This document shows, piece by piece, positions 53,339-62,135 of a stretch of DNA of 62,135 nucleotides. This DNA is from Terriglobales bacterium (GTDB lineage: Bacteria > Acidobacteriota > Terriglobia > Terriglobales > Acidobacteriaceae), in contig DASQGF010000168.1 in NCBI GenBank assembly GCA_035632755.1, positions 1 to 62,135 of the forward strand. Reading direction: 5' to 3'. Position numbers and translations under genes: made by a program. How positions within the stretch are numbered: position 1 is the stretch's first letter; every line of letters begins with the position of its first letter. The notes below the pieces were generated by a model that was given only the letters and a program-made list of their open reading frames with translations, made no database searches and was not told where the DNA came from.

Positions 53339-54487
53339 TCAGGGCGTCGGTTCCTGAGCGATAAAGGCCTTCACGGCGATCTGGTTGGGCTGGATGCCGA
53401 CCGGGACCAGGGTATGCAGCGCGAAGGGAGCGGGGTTGGTCTTGGTGGTCTTATCACGCTTCAGGATCACGGCTACGTCGCCGGCGAGCGTGTCGGTGAC
53501 CAGCAGGAAGTGCTGGTTGGGACTCAGTGCCAGCGTATCGGGACGGCTGCCCACCATCACCGAGGCCACCAGCCTGCCGGTATCGATGCTGTAAACCGCC
53601 ACCGCGTCGGCCCCGAAGTTGCTCACGTAGAGCAGGGAATTATCGCTGCTGACGACTGCGTGCGAGGGGCGCGTCCCGATCAGGAATGTGCTGCCGACCT
53701 CGTTGGTCGAGGTCTCGATGACGGAGACGCTGTCGGAATCGAAGTTGCACACAAACAGTTCGCCGCCATCGGGTTTGAGCGCCAGGCTGGCCGGCGTCTT
53801 GCCGACGTCGAGCAAGGTGAGCAGGCTCCCGGAGCGCAGATCTACGGCCGCCACCTGGTCCGAGCCGCTGCAGGCCACGAAAGCTTTGCTGGAATCCGGC
53901 AGGATGGCGACATCTCCCGGCTGGTGGCAAACGGCGACTGTGCTGTGGACCTGGTTGCCGTCCGTGTCGATGAGCGAGACCGAATCGCCGCCGCGGTTGG
54001 AGACGACCACCGTCCTGCCATCCGGCGAGACGCGCGCCACGCCCGGCGCTCCGCCCACGCCCACCGTCGCCAGCACGCGCCGCGTTTCCAGGTCGAGCAC
54101 CGACACATTGGCCGAGCCGGAATTGGCCACGTAGCCGCGCTTGCCGTCCGCCGACACATCGATAAAGTAGGGCGTGCGCTGCACGCCGATGGTCGCCACC
54201 ACCAGGTTGCGCTCGGCGTCGATCACGCTGACGTTGTTCGAATCCGTGTTGACGACGTAGACCTGGTTGCGCGCCGGGCTGGCGGTGACGCCGGTGGGAT
54301 TGCGTCCGACGGGAATGGTCTGGATGGCGCGAAAGCTGTAAAGGTCGATGACGCTGACGCTGTTGCTCCTACCGTTGGTGACGTAGGCATACTGGCGCAG
54401 GTCGGGAACCGGCTGGCTGTGGCAGCCGCCGAGCGCAAGCAAGGACAGGCCCGCGAGGGCGGTGGCGATCTGCTTTCCGAGACTCAA
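53339..54487 (-). CDS. YVTN-family beta-propeller repeat lipoprotein
   Basis: Lipobox LLALGGC, then about 7 repeats of the pattern YV(T/A)N..SN.VSVID. Confidence 0.85.
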   Translation of the reverse strand: MSLGKQIATALAGLSLLALGGCHSQPVPDLRQYAYVTNGRSNSVSVIDLYSFRAIQTIPVGRNPTGVTASPARNQVYVVNTDSNNVSVIDAERNLVVATIGVQRTPYFIDVSADGKRGYVANSGSANVSVLDLETRRVLATVGVGGAPGVARVSPDGRTVVVSNRGGDSVSLIDTDGNQVHSTVAVCHQPGDVAILPDSSKAFVACSGSDQVAAVDLRSGSLLTLLDVGKTPASLALKPDGGELFVCNFDSDSVSVIETSTNEVGSTFLIGTRPSHAVVSSDNSLLYVSNFGADAVAVYSIDTGRLVASVMVGSRPDTLALSPNQHFLLVTDTLAGDVAVILKRDKTTKTNPAPFALHTLVPVGIQPNQIAVKAFIAQEPTP

Positions 54488-54490
54488 CGT

Positions 54491-55576
54491 CTAGCGCGCG
54501 GCTGCGGTTGCGGGCGCATCCGGGGTCCCCAGCGCGCGCCGGTTTTGCGCGGGCTGGGGTGGCAGTTCGCGGCGCACCACGGCGGCGATCTGCCGCACTT
54601 CCGACATCAATTCGTCGAATTGGTCGGGATAGAGCGACTGCATGCCGTCGGAGAGCGCGCGGTCGGGATCGTTGTGGACTTCGACGATCAGGCCGTCCGA
54701 GCCCACCGCCACCGCCGCCCGCGAAAGCGGGGTCACTTTGTTGCGCTTGCCGGTGCCGTGGCTGGGGTCCACCAGGATGGGCAAATGGCTCAGGCGATGC
54801 ACCGCCGGCACCACGCTCAGGTCCAGCGTGTTGCGGGTGTGGTCGGCGAAGGTGCGCACCCCGCGCTCGCACAGGATCACGTTGTAGTTGCCCTCGCACA
54901 TCACGTACTCGGCCGCCATGAGAAACTCTTCCAGGGTGGCCGCCATGCCGCGCTTCAGCAGCACCGGTTTCTTCGACCGCCCGGCGCGCTTCAGCAGCGA
55001 GAAGTTCTGCATGTTGCGAGCGCCGATCTGGATGACGTCGGCGTACTCTTCCACCAGCTCCAGCGATTCGTTGTCGATGGCCTCGGTGACGATGCGCAGG
55101 CCCCAGCGCTCGCGCACGTCCGCCAGGATCCGCAGGCCCTCCTCGCCCAGTCCCTGGAATGAGTAAGGCGAGGTACGCGGTTTGTATGCGCCGCCGCGGA
55201 AGAACTGCGCCCCGGCGCGATGCACGCGCTCGGCGATGGCGAATGTCTGCTCGCGGCTCTCTACGGCGCACGGTCCGGCGATGATCGCCAGCTCCGGCCC
55301 GCCCATGGTCGCGGCGCTGCCCGGGAAGCGAACGACGGTGTTCTCCTCCTTCACGTCGCGACTCACCAGCTTGTAGGGTTTGCTGACGCGGATGACCTCG
55401 GCCACGCCCGGCATTTCATCCAGGCCGATCTCCACCTCGCCGCGGTTTCCGGTGATGCCGATGGCGGTGCGCTGCGCCCCGGGGATGGCGTGTGCGCGGT
55501 ATCCCGCCGCTTCGATCTTTTCGCAGACCGCACGCACCTGTTCTTCGGTGGCGTGCGCTTGCATGACGACTAGCAT
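54491..55576 (-). CDS. aroF: 3-deoxy-7-phosphoheptulonate (DAHP) synthase, type I-beta with N-terminal regulatory domain
   Basis: 361 aa from [14 protein letters not shown]. Contains [27 protein letters not shown] and DPSHG motifs. The upstream 94 codons of the track ORF look non-coding. The gene symbol follows common usage for this class. Confidence 0.85.
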   Translation of the reverse strand: MLVVMQAHATEEQVRAVCEKIEAAGYRAHAIPGAQRTAIGITGNRGEVEIGLDEMPGVAEVIRVSKPYKLVSRDVKEENTVVRFPGSAATMGGPELAIIAGPCAVESREQTFAIAERVHRAGAQFFRGGAYKPRTSPYSFQGLGEEGLRILADVRERWGLRIVTEAIDNESLELVEEYADVIQIGARNMQNFSLLKRAGRSKKPVLLKRGMAATLEEFLMAAEYVMCEGNYNVILCERGVRTFADHTRNTLDLSVVPAVHRLSHLPILVDPSHGTGKRNKVTPLSRAAVAVGSDGLIVEVHNDPDRALSDGMQSLYPDQFDELMSEVRQIAAVVRRELPPQPAQNRRALGTPDAPATAAAR

Positions 55577-55667
55577 GGATGACCTCTGAGAAACTCCATA
55601 GTGTACCGCAGAGGACGGCGAAAACGTTGGGTTCTCGCGCACATGTCGTTCGTGCGCACCGAATATA

Positions 55668-55698
55668 CTGGCCACTGACCACTGACCGCTGGTCACTG
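55668..55698 (+). repeat. heptamer tandem array (CTGRYCR x4)
   Basis: CTGGCCA CTGACCA CTGACCG CTGGTCA CTG. It lies in the divergent region between the DAHP synthase and nfo starts. Confidence 0.75.
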
Positions 55699-55703
55699 TT
55701 TTT

Positions 55704-56657
55704 ATGCCCATTCCCATGGCTCGCGAACAGGACATCCTGAACCTGCCGCCGCCGAAGCGGCCGCCGCGCCGGACCCCCCGCCGCATTGGCATCCACACCT
55801 CAACTGCCGGCGGTGTCGAGAATGCCGCCGAACGCGCCTGGCGCCTGGGCTGCAGCACCTTCCAGATTTTTTCCTCGAGCCCTCGTCAATGGAAGCCGTA
55901 CGAACTCGGCCCAAAGCAGTGCGCGGAAATGCGCCGCCTGCGCGAGAAGTACGACCTCAGGCCACTGGTCATCCACGCCAGCTACCTGCTGAACCTGGCC
56001 GGCGGCAATCCCGAGTTCTACGCCAAGACCATCGCGGCGTTCCGCGGGGAAGTCGAACGTGCGCTGGCGCTCAGCGCCGAGTACCTCGTTGTCCATCCGG
56101 GATCGTTCCGCGGCGCGAGCCGCGAAGAAGGACTGGCGCGAGCTGCGTATGCCATCCGTGAGGGCGCCGCGGGTCTCGACCTGTCCAAGGGCGGACTGAC
56201 CGTGCTGGTCGAGAACACGGCCGGCGCCGAGTACTCGCTGGGCGCGAGTTTCGAGCAGGTAGCGGCGCTAGTGGGCGTGCTGCGCGAATTCATCCCCGTG
56301 GCCGCATGCATGGATACCTGCCACATCCACGTGGCCGGCTACGACATTGTCACCCCAACGGGCTACGAGGCGACGCTGCGGCAGATCGATGAGACCATTG
56401 GCCTCAAGAATGTCCCAATTTGGCATTGCAACGACGCCAAAGCCGCCTTCGGCTCGAAGCTCGACCGCCATCAGCACATCGGCCAGGGCACAATCGGCAC
56501 GGCGACCTTCAAGCGCCTGTTGAATGATCTTCGCCTGGCGCACGCCGCCTTCATCGCCGAGACGCCGATTGACAGGCCGGGAGATGATCGGTGGAATGTC
56601 GATGCATTGAAGCGGCTGGTGGGAAACAGCCAGTCTCGGCGTCACAAATCTCTCTAG
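55704..56657 (+). CDS. nfo: deoxyribonuclease IV (endonuclease IV)
   Basis: [29 protein letters not shown] and CMDTCH motifs of the Nfo TIM barrel. The N-terminal ~25 aa extension makes the start uncertain. Confidence 0.9.
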   Translation: MPIPMAREQDILNLPPPKRPPRRTPRRIGIHTSTAGGVENAAERAWRLGCSTFQIFSSSPRQWKPYELGPKQCAEMRRLREKYDLRPLVIHASYLLNLAGGNPEFYAKTIAAFRGEVERALALSAEYLVVHPGSFRGASREEGLARAAYAIREGAAGLDLSKGGLTVLVENTAGAEYSLGASFEQVAALVGVLREFIPVAACMDTCHIHVAGYDIVTPTGYEATLRQIDETIGLKNVPIWHCNDAKAAFGSKLDRHQHIGQGTIGTATFKRLLNDLRLAHAAFIAETPIDRPGDDRWNVDALKRLVGNSQSRRHKSL

Positions 56658-56673
56658 AGACGCAGCATGCTGC
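56655..56673. repeat. partial copy of the TAGAGACGCAGCATGCTGC hairpin; its TAG is the nfo stop codon
   Basis: 19/19 identical to 46686-46704, then diverges. It retains the GCAGCATGCTGC palindrome. Confidence 0.6.
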
Positions 56674-56704
56674 AGGCTTGTCCAAACTAGATTTTCGTCC
56701 CGGA

Positions 56705-56762
56705 GTGTCATCCTGAGCCGCCCGAGCCGAGCACACGCGAGGTGAGGGCGAGCGAAGGATCT
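56705..56762 (+). repeat. mini-element with termini GTGTCATCCTGAGC ... GCGAGCGAAGGATCT (copy A)
   Basis: Read directly. It pairs with an inverted copy at 56836-56915. Confidence 0.7.
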
Positions 56763-56835
56763 GCGCAATTTTTATGCCAGTCCATACTGGCAGAGGAGGC
56801 TCAGCAAACGTTCGGCGTGAGGAATGGCAGTGTCG

Positions 56836-56915
56836 AGATCCTTCGCTTGCGACCGCGCGGCCCAGAAACAGGGCCGCAAACAGGAAACCACGCGGTCGCA
56901 AGCTCAGGATGACAC
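56836..56915 (-). repeat. mini-element with the same termini in inverted orientation (copy B) and a 12-bp internal stem
   Basis: The minus strand reads GTGTCATCCTGAGCTTGCGACCGCG...CGCGGTCGCAAGCGAAGGATCT. Internal stem CTTGCGACCGCG/CGCGGTCGCAAG encloses a second hairpin CGGCCC..GGGCCG. Confidence 0.7.
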
Positions 56916-57041
56916 CGCCCTGGGGGATTGCTTGCAAGTCCGCGGGCAATTTGGACAGCCCTTACAGCCCTGCTGCGTCCTACCAGGGTGTGTCGCCCAT
57001 CCGTGTAAAATCAAGGGACTGAGTGGATATCTTTGGACATC

Positions 57042-59603
57042 ATGCCTGAACGCCAAACCTCAACGGCCGCCGAACCTCGCGACGAGCGCTACGATCCGCA
57101 GCGCATCGAGGAGAAATGGTCCGCCCGCTGGCAGCAGCAGCCGGAACTCTTCCGCGCTGAACCCTTCGACTCGCCGCGCCCGAAATACTATGTCCTCGAG
57201 ATGCTGCCCTATCCCTCGGGCGCGCTGCACATGGGGCACGTGCGCAACTACTCCATCGGCGACGCGCTGGCGCGCCACATGTGGATGAAGGGCTACAACG
57301 TCTTGCATCCCATGGGCTGGGACGCCTTCGGCCTGCCCGCCGAGAACGCCGCCATCAAGAACAACACGCCGCCCCGGCAGTGGACGCTCTCCAACATCGC
57401 GCACATGAAGGTGCAGATGACGCGGCTGGGCTTCGCCTATGACTGGTCGAAGGAAGTCACCACCTGCCTGCCCGAGTACTATCGCTGGAACCAGTGGTTT
57501 TTCCTCAAGATGTACGAGCGCGGGCTGGCCTACCGCAAGAAGAGCCGCGTGAACTGGTGTCCGGAGTGCGCCACCGTGCTCGCCAACGAGCAGGTGGTGG
57601 ACGGCTGCTGCTGGCGTCATACCGAGACTCCCGTCCAGCAGCGCGAGTTGGAGCAATGGTTTCTGCGGATCACCGATTACGCCCAGGAACTGCTCGACGA
57701 TCTCGATCGCCTTCCCGGCTGGCCGGAAAAGGTCCGCACCATGCAGCGCAACTGGATCGGCCGCAGCGAAGGCGCGCTGGTGGACTTCAAGCTCGACGGC
57801 CCCGCCGGCCCGGCGGGTGACAAAATCCCCGTGTTTACCACGCGTGTGGACACCATCTTCGGCGCCACCTCGGTGCAGCTTGCCCCCGAGCATCCCGTGG
57901 TCGCCGACTTGGTGGGCAACGATTCCGAGCTGCGCGCCAAGGTGGACGAGTTGATGGCCGAGCAGCGCCGCGCCAAGGAAGCCGGGGATGTCGGCGAGAT
58001 CGAGAAGCACGGTGTCTTTACCGGGCGCTACGCCATCAATCCCTTCAACGGCGAGAAGCTGCCCATCTGGGTGGCCAATTACATCCTGATGGATTACGGC
58101 ACGGGCGCCATCATGTCCGTGCCAGCGCATGACGAGCGCGACTACGAATTCGCGAAGAAGTATGGGCTGGAGATCCGTGTGGTCATCCTGCCGCGGCGCG
58201 AGGGCGAACCGCCCGAAGCTGGCCAAGAAGAGACGCCAGTGCTGCCCTTCACCACCACCGATAGCCTCTTGATCAATTCCGGCCCCTACAACGAGCTCTC
58301 ATGCGAAGAGGCCATGCAGCGCATGGCGCAGGACGCCGAGCGCGGCGGCTTCGGCAAGGCTGCGGTCACGTATCGTTTGAAAGATTGGGGCATCTCGCGC
58401 CAGCGCTACTGGGGCACGCCCATCCCCGTGCTGTACTGCGACCACTGTGGCATCGTGCCCGTGCCGGAGAAAGACTTGCCCGTCGTGCTCCCGGAAAACG
58501 TGGACATCACCTTGACCGGCGGTTCGCCGCTGAGCAAGGTCGAGGAATGGGTGAACACGACATGTCCGGCGTGCGGCGGCCCGGCGCGCCGCGAGACCGA
58601 TACCATGGACACCTTCGTGGATTCGTCCTGGTACTTTTATCGCTATACCGACCCGACCGTCGCCACCGCACCCGTGGACCGCAAGACCATCGCCTACTGG
58701 TTCGAGATCGACCAGTACATCGGCGGGGTCGAGCACGCCATTCTGCACCTCATCTATTCGCGCTTCTGGACGAAGGTCATGCGCGACCTGGGTCTGATCG
58801 CCAACTCGGAGCCGGTTGCACGCCTGTTCACCCAGGGCATGATCATCAAAGATGGCGCCAAGATGTCGAAGAGTCTTGGCAACCTGGTCATTCCCGATGA
58901 CATGATCACGCGTTACGGGGCGGACGCCACGCGCATGTACACGCTGTTCGCGACCTCGCCTGATCGCGAGCTCGACTGGCAGGACGCCGGACTCGACGGC
59001 ATCAGTCGCTTTCTCTCCCGCGTACACCGGTTTTTTGCCGCGACGCATGAATCTCCGGCTGAGCCGCAGGCCGCAGATCGAAGGGTTCTGCGCAAACTGC
59101 ACCAGACCATCTGCCGCGTCACGGAGGATTTCGACGGCCGCTGGCATTTCAATACTTCCATTGCTGCCCTGATGGAACTGCTGAATCTTGTCTTGGAGGA
59201 GCGCTCCGGCGGCGACACGAAAGACACAGTTGCGATTGAGAAGCGTGCTTTTCTCAGCGGGAGCGCGTTGAAGGCCTTGCAGCGGAATTTCGTGCTGATG
59301 TTGCACCCGTTTGCGCCCTATCTTGCCCACGAGCTCTGGGAGAGGCTGGGCGAGACGTCGAACCTGCTGCGCGCGCCCTGGCCGAGGTACGATCCCGCGC
59401 TGGCCAAGGAAGACGAGATCGAGATCGTGGTGCAGATCAACGGCAAGATTCGCGACCGGCTCTTCGTTCCGGCCGATTCTTCGGAAGAACAGGTCCGGCG
59501 GCTGGCGCTCGCCGCTCCCAAGGTCCAGGCCACGCTCGACGGCAAGCAGGTGGTGAAGGCCATCGTGGTGCCGGGCAAGCTAGTCAACATCGTAGTGCGG
59601 TAA
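57042..59603 (+). CDS. leuS: leucine--tRNA ligase
   Basis: 853 aa. Contains the HMGH (HIGH-class) motif ([12 protein letters not shown]) and KMSKS ([10 protein letters not shown]), plus CP1 editing domain sequence. Confidence 0.95.
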   Translation: MPERQTSTAAEPRDERYDPQRIEEKWSARWQQQPELFRAEPFDSPRPKYYVLEMLPYPSGALHMGHVRNYSIGDALARHMWMKGYNVLHPMGWDAFGLPAENAAIKNNTPPRQWTLSNIAHMKVQMTRLGFAYDWSKEVTTCLPEYYRWNQWFFLKMYERGLAYRKKSRVNWCPECATVLANEQVVDGCCWRHTETPVQQRELEQWFLRITDYAQELLDDLDRLPGWPEKVRTMQRNWIGRSEGALVDFKLDGPAGPAGDKIPVFTTRVDTIFGATSVQLAPEHPVVADLVGNDSELRAKVDELMAEQRRAKEAGDVGEIEKHGVFTGRYAINPFNGEKLPIWVANYILMDYGTGAIMSVPAHDERDYEFAKKYGLEIRVVILPRREGEPPEAGQEETPVLPFTTTDSLLINSGPYNELSCEEAMQRMAQDAERGGFGKAAVTYRLKDWGISRQRYWGTPIPVLYCDHCGIVPVPEKDLPVVLPENVDITLTGGSPLSKVEEWVNTTCPACGGPARRETDTMDTFVDSSWYFYRYTDPTVATAPVDRKTIAYWFEIDQYIGGVEHAILHLIYSRFWTKVMRDLGLIANSEPVARLFTQGMIIKDGAKMSKSLGNLVIPDDMITRYGADATRMYTLFATSPDRELDWQDAGLDGISRFLSRVHRFFAATHESPAEPQAADRRVLRKLHQTICRVTEDFDGRWHFNTSIAALMELLNLVLEERSGGDTKDTVAIEKRAFLSGSALKALQRNFVLMLHPFAPYLAHELWERLGETSNLLRAPWPRYDPALAKEDEIEIVVQINGKIRDRLFVPADSSEEQVRRLALAAPKVQATLDGKQVVKAIVVPGKLVNIVVR

Positions 59604-59638
59604 GGGAAAGACGCCACAGATTCTCACGGATTGAATGC

Positions 59639-60628
59639 ATGGCTTCCGAGTCTCCCATCAGCGAAGGGTTCCGCCGGGCGTTCCGCGAGCCGGCGATCGT
59701 AGTGGCCGAGATCGTCTGGCGATGGACCTTTGGCCTGGCGGCACTGGCGCTCGCGGCCGCTTCGTTCGGTGCCTATCTGGACACGCTCCGCGTCACCAAT
59801 CTCGAACTTCTGGCGCTGCGCGGCCACCCGCGCTGGCTGATCGCCGATGCCGTTGGCCATATCCTGCACGGCGGTCCGCGCCTGGTAAGGGCCGCAGCTA
59901 TCGTGCTGCCGGCGATCTTCGTGCTGTGGGTTGCGGCGGCGACGATCGGGCGCGCCGCCACCCTGAAGGCGCTTCTTCGCCGCGAGAGCACCGTGGCGCT
60001 GGGACCTCAGTTCGGGCTGAATCTCCTGCGCGCCAGCGTGACGTTGGCTTCGCTGGTCGGATACCTTGGCGCGGCCATCCTTGCCGGCCGTGCCGCTTCT
60101 GGCGCTGCCGATGTTCGTGGGGGCATCTTTCTGGTTATCTTCGTCGTGCTCGGTACGGCAGTCGCCATGGTGCGCTCGCGCGTGAACTGGTTTCTTTACT
60201 TGGGAGCGATCCCCGCTGCTCGCGACGGTCACCACACCTTCTCCGCCATCAGCGAAGCCGTCGGCCTTTTCCGCCGCCACCCCGGGAGATTTGCAGGCGC
60301 CGGAGCCGTTTTCGGCACAATCCACGGCGTGCTTTTCGCTTTCTGCACCGTGGTCTGCCTGCTGGCGTTGTCTCTCGCTGGAAAAGTGCCGCCTGTGGTC
60401 ACGCTGTTCTTGCTGGCTGTGATCACGTTGGCGTACTTCGCAGCCGTGGATTTCCTGTACATCGCGCGTCTGGCTGCCTACGTCACACTGGACGAGAGCG
60501 ACCGCATGCCGCCGCCCGTAGCCGTCGCGCCGGAATCTCCACCACCTGCGCCGGAGCCACTGCCAGTGCCCGAACTGCCACCCGTATCCGAGCCGGGATT
60601 GCCCAGCCCGGAAGGGGCTACCAGCTAG
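59639..60628 (+). CDS. polytopic membrane hypothetical protein with Pro-rich C-terminal tail
   Basis: 329 aa with about 6 TM helices. Tail [37 protein letters not shown] recognise no family. Confidence 0.6.
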   Translation: MASESPISEGFRRAFREPAIVVAEIVWRWTFGLAALALAAASFGAYLDTLRVTNLELLALRGHPRWLIADAVGHILHGGPRLVRAAAIVLPAIFVLWVAAATIGRAATLKALLRRESTVALGPQFGLNLLRASVTLASLVGYLGAAILAGRAASGAADVRGGIFLVIFVVLGTAVAMVRSRVNWFLYLGAIPAARDGHHTFSAISEAVGLFRRHPGRFAGAGAVFGTIHGVLFAFCTVVCLLALSLAGKVPPVVTLFLLAVITLAYFAAVDFLYIARLAAYVTLDESDRMPPPVAVAPESPPPAPEPLPVPELPPVSEPGLPSPEGATS

Positions 60629-60690
60629 AGCTAGTGGCTAACGGCAGCCTTCTCCCTTTACACTGTCCTCAGGTTCTGGCATCTTTATTT

Positions 60691-62135
60691 ATGGAAGCGC
60701 AATCCATCGTTGTCCTCGACTTCGGCGCGCAGTATTCCCAGCTCATCGCGCGCCGCATCCGCGAACAGAAAGTCTTCTCGGTAGTCCTGCCGTGCACCGC
60801 TTCGGTGGAGGAGATCCGCAGCTATTCGCCGGTGGGCATCGTGCTCTCCGGCGGGCCGTCGTCGGTGTACGACCAGGACGCGCCCACGACCGACGATCGC
60901 GTCTTCGCGCTCGGCATGCCGGTGCTCGGCATCTGCTACGGGCTGCAGCTCATGGCACACAAGCTCGGCGGCAAAGTCCGCGCCGCGGAGAAGCGCGAGT
61001 ACGGCCACGCGACGGTCCAGGTGCTGAACGGGTCGCGCTTGTTCCAGGAGCTGCCGGCCGAGATGTCGGTCTGGATGTCGCACGGCGACGAGGCGCTCGA
61101 GCTTCCGCCCGGCTTCAAGCTGGTGGCTCGGACGCAGAACGCCGCCGTCGCCGCCATCGAAAACCCCAAGCGCAACCTGTACGCGGTGCAGTTCCATCCC
61201 GAAGTGCACCACACCCGCCAGGGGACGGAGATCCTGAAGAACTTCATCTTCGGCATCTGCCACGCGCGGCCGGAGTGGACGAACCAGCACTTCATCGACG
61301 AGACCGTAGCCTCCATCCGCCGAACGGTGGGCAACGGCTGCGCCATCTGCGCCCTCTCCGGCGGCGTGGATTCCTCGGTTGCAGCCACGCTCGTGCATCG
61401 CGCCATCGGCGACCGTCTCACTTGCGTCTTCGTCAACAACGGCGTGCTGCGCAAGAACGAGTTCGAAAAAGTTCAGCAGACCCTCCGCGACAAGCTCGGC
61501 CTGAACCTGCTGGCGGTGGACGCGACCGAGCGCTTCCTTGCGAAACTCGCGGGTGTCACCGACCCGGAGCGGAAGCGCAAGATCATCGGCAACGAGTTCA
61601 TCGCCGTCTTCGACGAGGAAGCGCACCGCATCGCGCAGGAGCAGGGGCACGTGGAGTGGCTGGTGCAGGGCACGCTCTATCCCGACGTGATCGAGTCGCG
61701 CTCCGTGCGCGGCCCCTCGCAGACGATCAAGAGCCACCACAACGTCGGCGGGCTGCCCGAGGAAATGAAGCTCAAGCTCATCGAGCCGCTGAAAGACCTG
61801 TTCAAGGACGAAGTGCGGCGCATCGGTCGCGACCTCGGAATGCCGGAGGAAATCCTGCAGCGGCAGCCGTTCCCGGGGCCGGGTCTGGCGGTGCGCATCC
61901 TGGGCGAGGTCACGCGCGAGCGCCTGGAGCTGCTGCGCGAGGCCGACGACATCGTGGTCGGCGAGATCAAACGCGCCGGGCTGTACACCAAGATCTGGCA
62001 ATCGTTCGCCGTGCTGCTCCCGGTGATGTCGGTGGGCGTGATGGGCGACGCGCGCACCTACGCCTACACCTGTGCCATCCGCGCCGTGCACTCCGAAGAT
62101 GGTATGACCGCCGACGTAGTCGAGTTGCCCTGGGA
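60691..62135 (+). CDS. guaA: GMP synthase (glutamine-hydrolysing), N-terminal ~481 codons; runs off the right edge
   Basis: Absent from the ORF track because it has no stop in the window. My translation reads [34 protein letters not shown]...GICYGLQLM...SGGVDSSV.., the GATase plus ATP-pyrophosphatase motifs. The 468-aa minus-strand ORF here is its shadow. Confidence 0.9.
   Translation, partial: MEAQSIVVLDFGAQYSQLIARRIREQKVFSVVLPCTASVEEIRSYSPVGIVLSGGPSSVYDQDAPTTDDRVFALGMPVLGICYGLQLMAHKLGGKVRAAEKREYGHATVQVLNGSRLFQELPAEMSVWMSHGDEALELPPGFKLVARTQNAAVAAIENPKRNLYAVQFHPEVHHTRQGTEILKNFIFGICHARPEWTNQHFIDETVASIRRTVGNGCAICALSGGVDSSVAATLVHRAIGDRLTCVFVNNGVLRKNEFEKVQQTLRDKLGLNLLAVDATERFLAKLAGVTDPERKRKIIGNEFIAVFDEEAHRIAQEQGHVEWLVQGTLYPDVIESRSVRGPSQTIKSHHNVGGLPEEMKLKLIEPLKDLFKDEVRRIGRDLGMPEEILQRQPFPGPGLAVRILGEVTRERLELLREADDIVVGEIKRAGLYTKIWQSFAVLLPVMSVGVMGDARTYAYTCAIRAVHSEDGMTADVVELPW

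Noticed and set aside
60685-62091. 468-aa minus-strand ORF at the right edge
   Set aside because: It lies antisense to guaA, whose plus-strand translation shows the GATase and ATP-PPase motifs. Shadow ORF.
1-62135. Searched for mobile-element or defence hallmarks (transposase, integrase, restriction-modification, toxin-antitoxin, Cas, retron RT, phage genes)
   Set aside because: None of the supported ORFs shows such motifs. The only mobility hints are the small non-coding repeats and the tRNA-fragment repeat, both reported as findings.

Overview
High-G+C bacterial chromosomal segment (GC judged by eye, not computed). The gene content looks like an Acidobacteriota-type soil bacterium: PEGA-domain Ser/Thr kinase, several membrane SpoIIE/PP2C phosphatases, a YVTN beta-propeller lipoprotein, a four-helix-bundle 23S-IVS-type gene and a DUF3106-like ECF module. 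This taxonomic call is inference only. I support about 58 protein-coding genes and one tRNA-Val. Two genes run off the window edges and are absent from the ORF track: an RND efflux pump at the left and guaA at the right. Left to right the window holds: an RND tripartite efflux operon; tRNA-Val; a kdpFABC K+ ATPase operon preceded by and interleaved with extra small membrane-peptide ORFs, with no adjacent kdpDE; an odd (N/S)-P-X triplet-repeat mini-protein with its own promoter; an ECF sigma / anti-sigma / DUF3106-like operon; housekeeping genes (proline dehydrogenase, trxB, murB, DAHP synthase, nfo, leuS, guaA, tatA, msrPQ); many signalling genes (receiver, HAMP-PP2C, receiver-PAS-kinase, PDZ-GAF-PP2C, STK-PEGA, FHA-GAF-cyclase, PilZ); archease-rtcB; a 1259-aa S8/S53-type peptidase; tandem homocysteine S-methyltransferases; and a molybdenum-related cluster. 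No transposase, integrase, CRISPR array, rRNA or recognisable defence system is visible. The most unusual signals are non-coding. (1) A family of degenerate 7-8 nt tandem arrays sits exactly at gene junctions. The arrays often supply the last codons or stop codons of flanking genes, and in two places they form inverted pairs that bracket a cassette. One cassette holds the four-helix-bundle gene and the other holds only a 79-nt core. (2) GTCATCCTGAGC...GAAGGATC mini-elements lie in inverted orientation upstream of leuS. (3) A roughly 170-bp nested palindrome lies at 40.3 kb. (4) A recurring TAGAGACGCAGCATGCTGCGTCTCTA hairpin follows or overlaps stop codons. Most long ORFs in the supplied track that lie antisense to these genes are GC-driven shadow ORFs.
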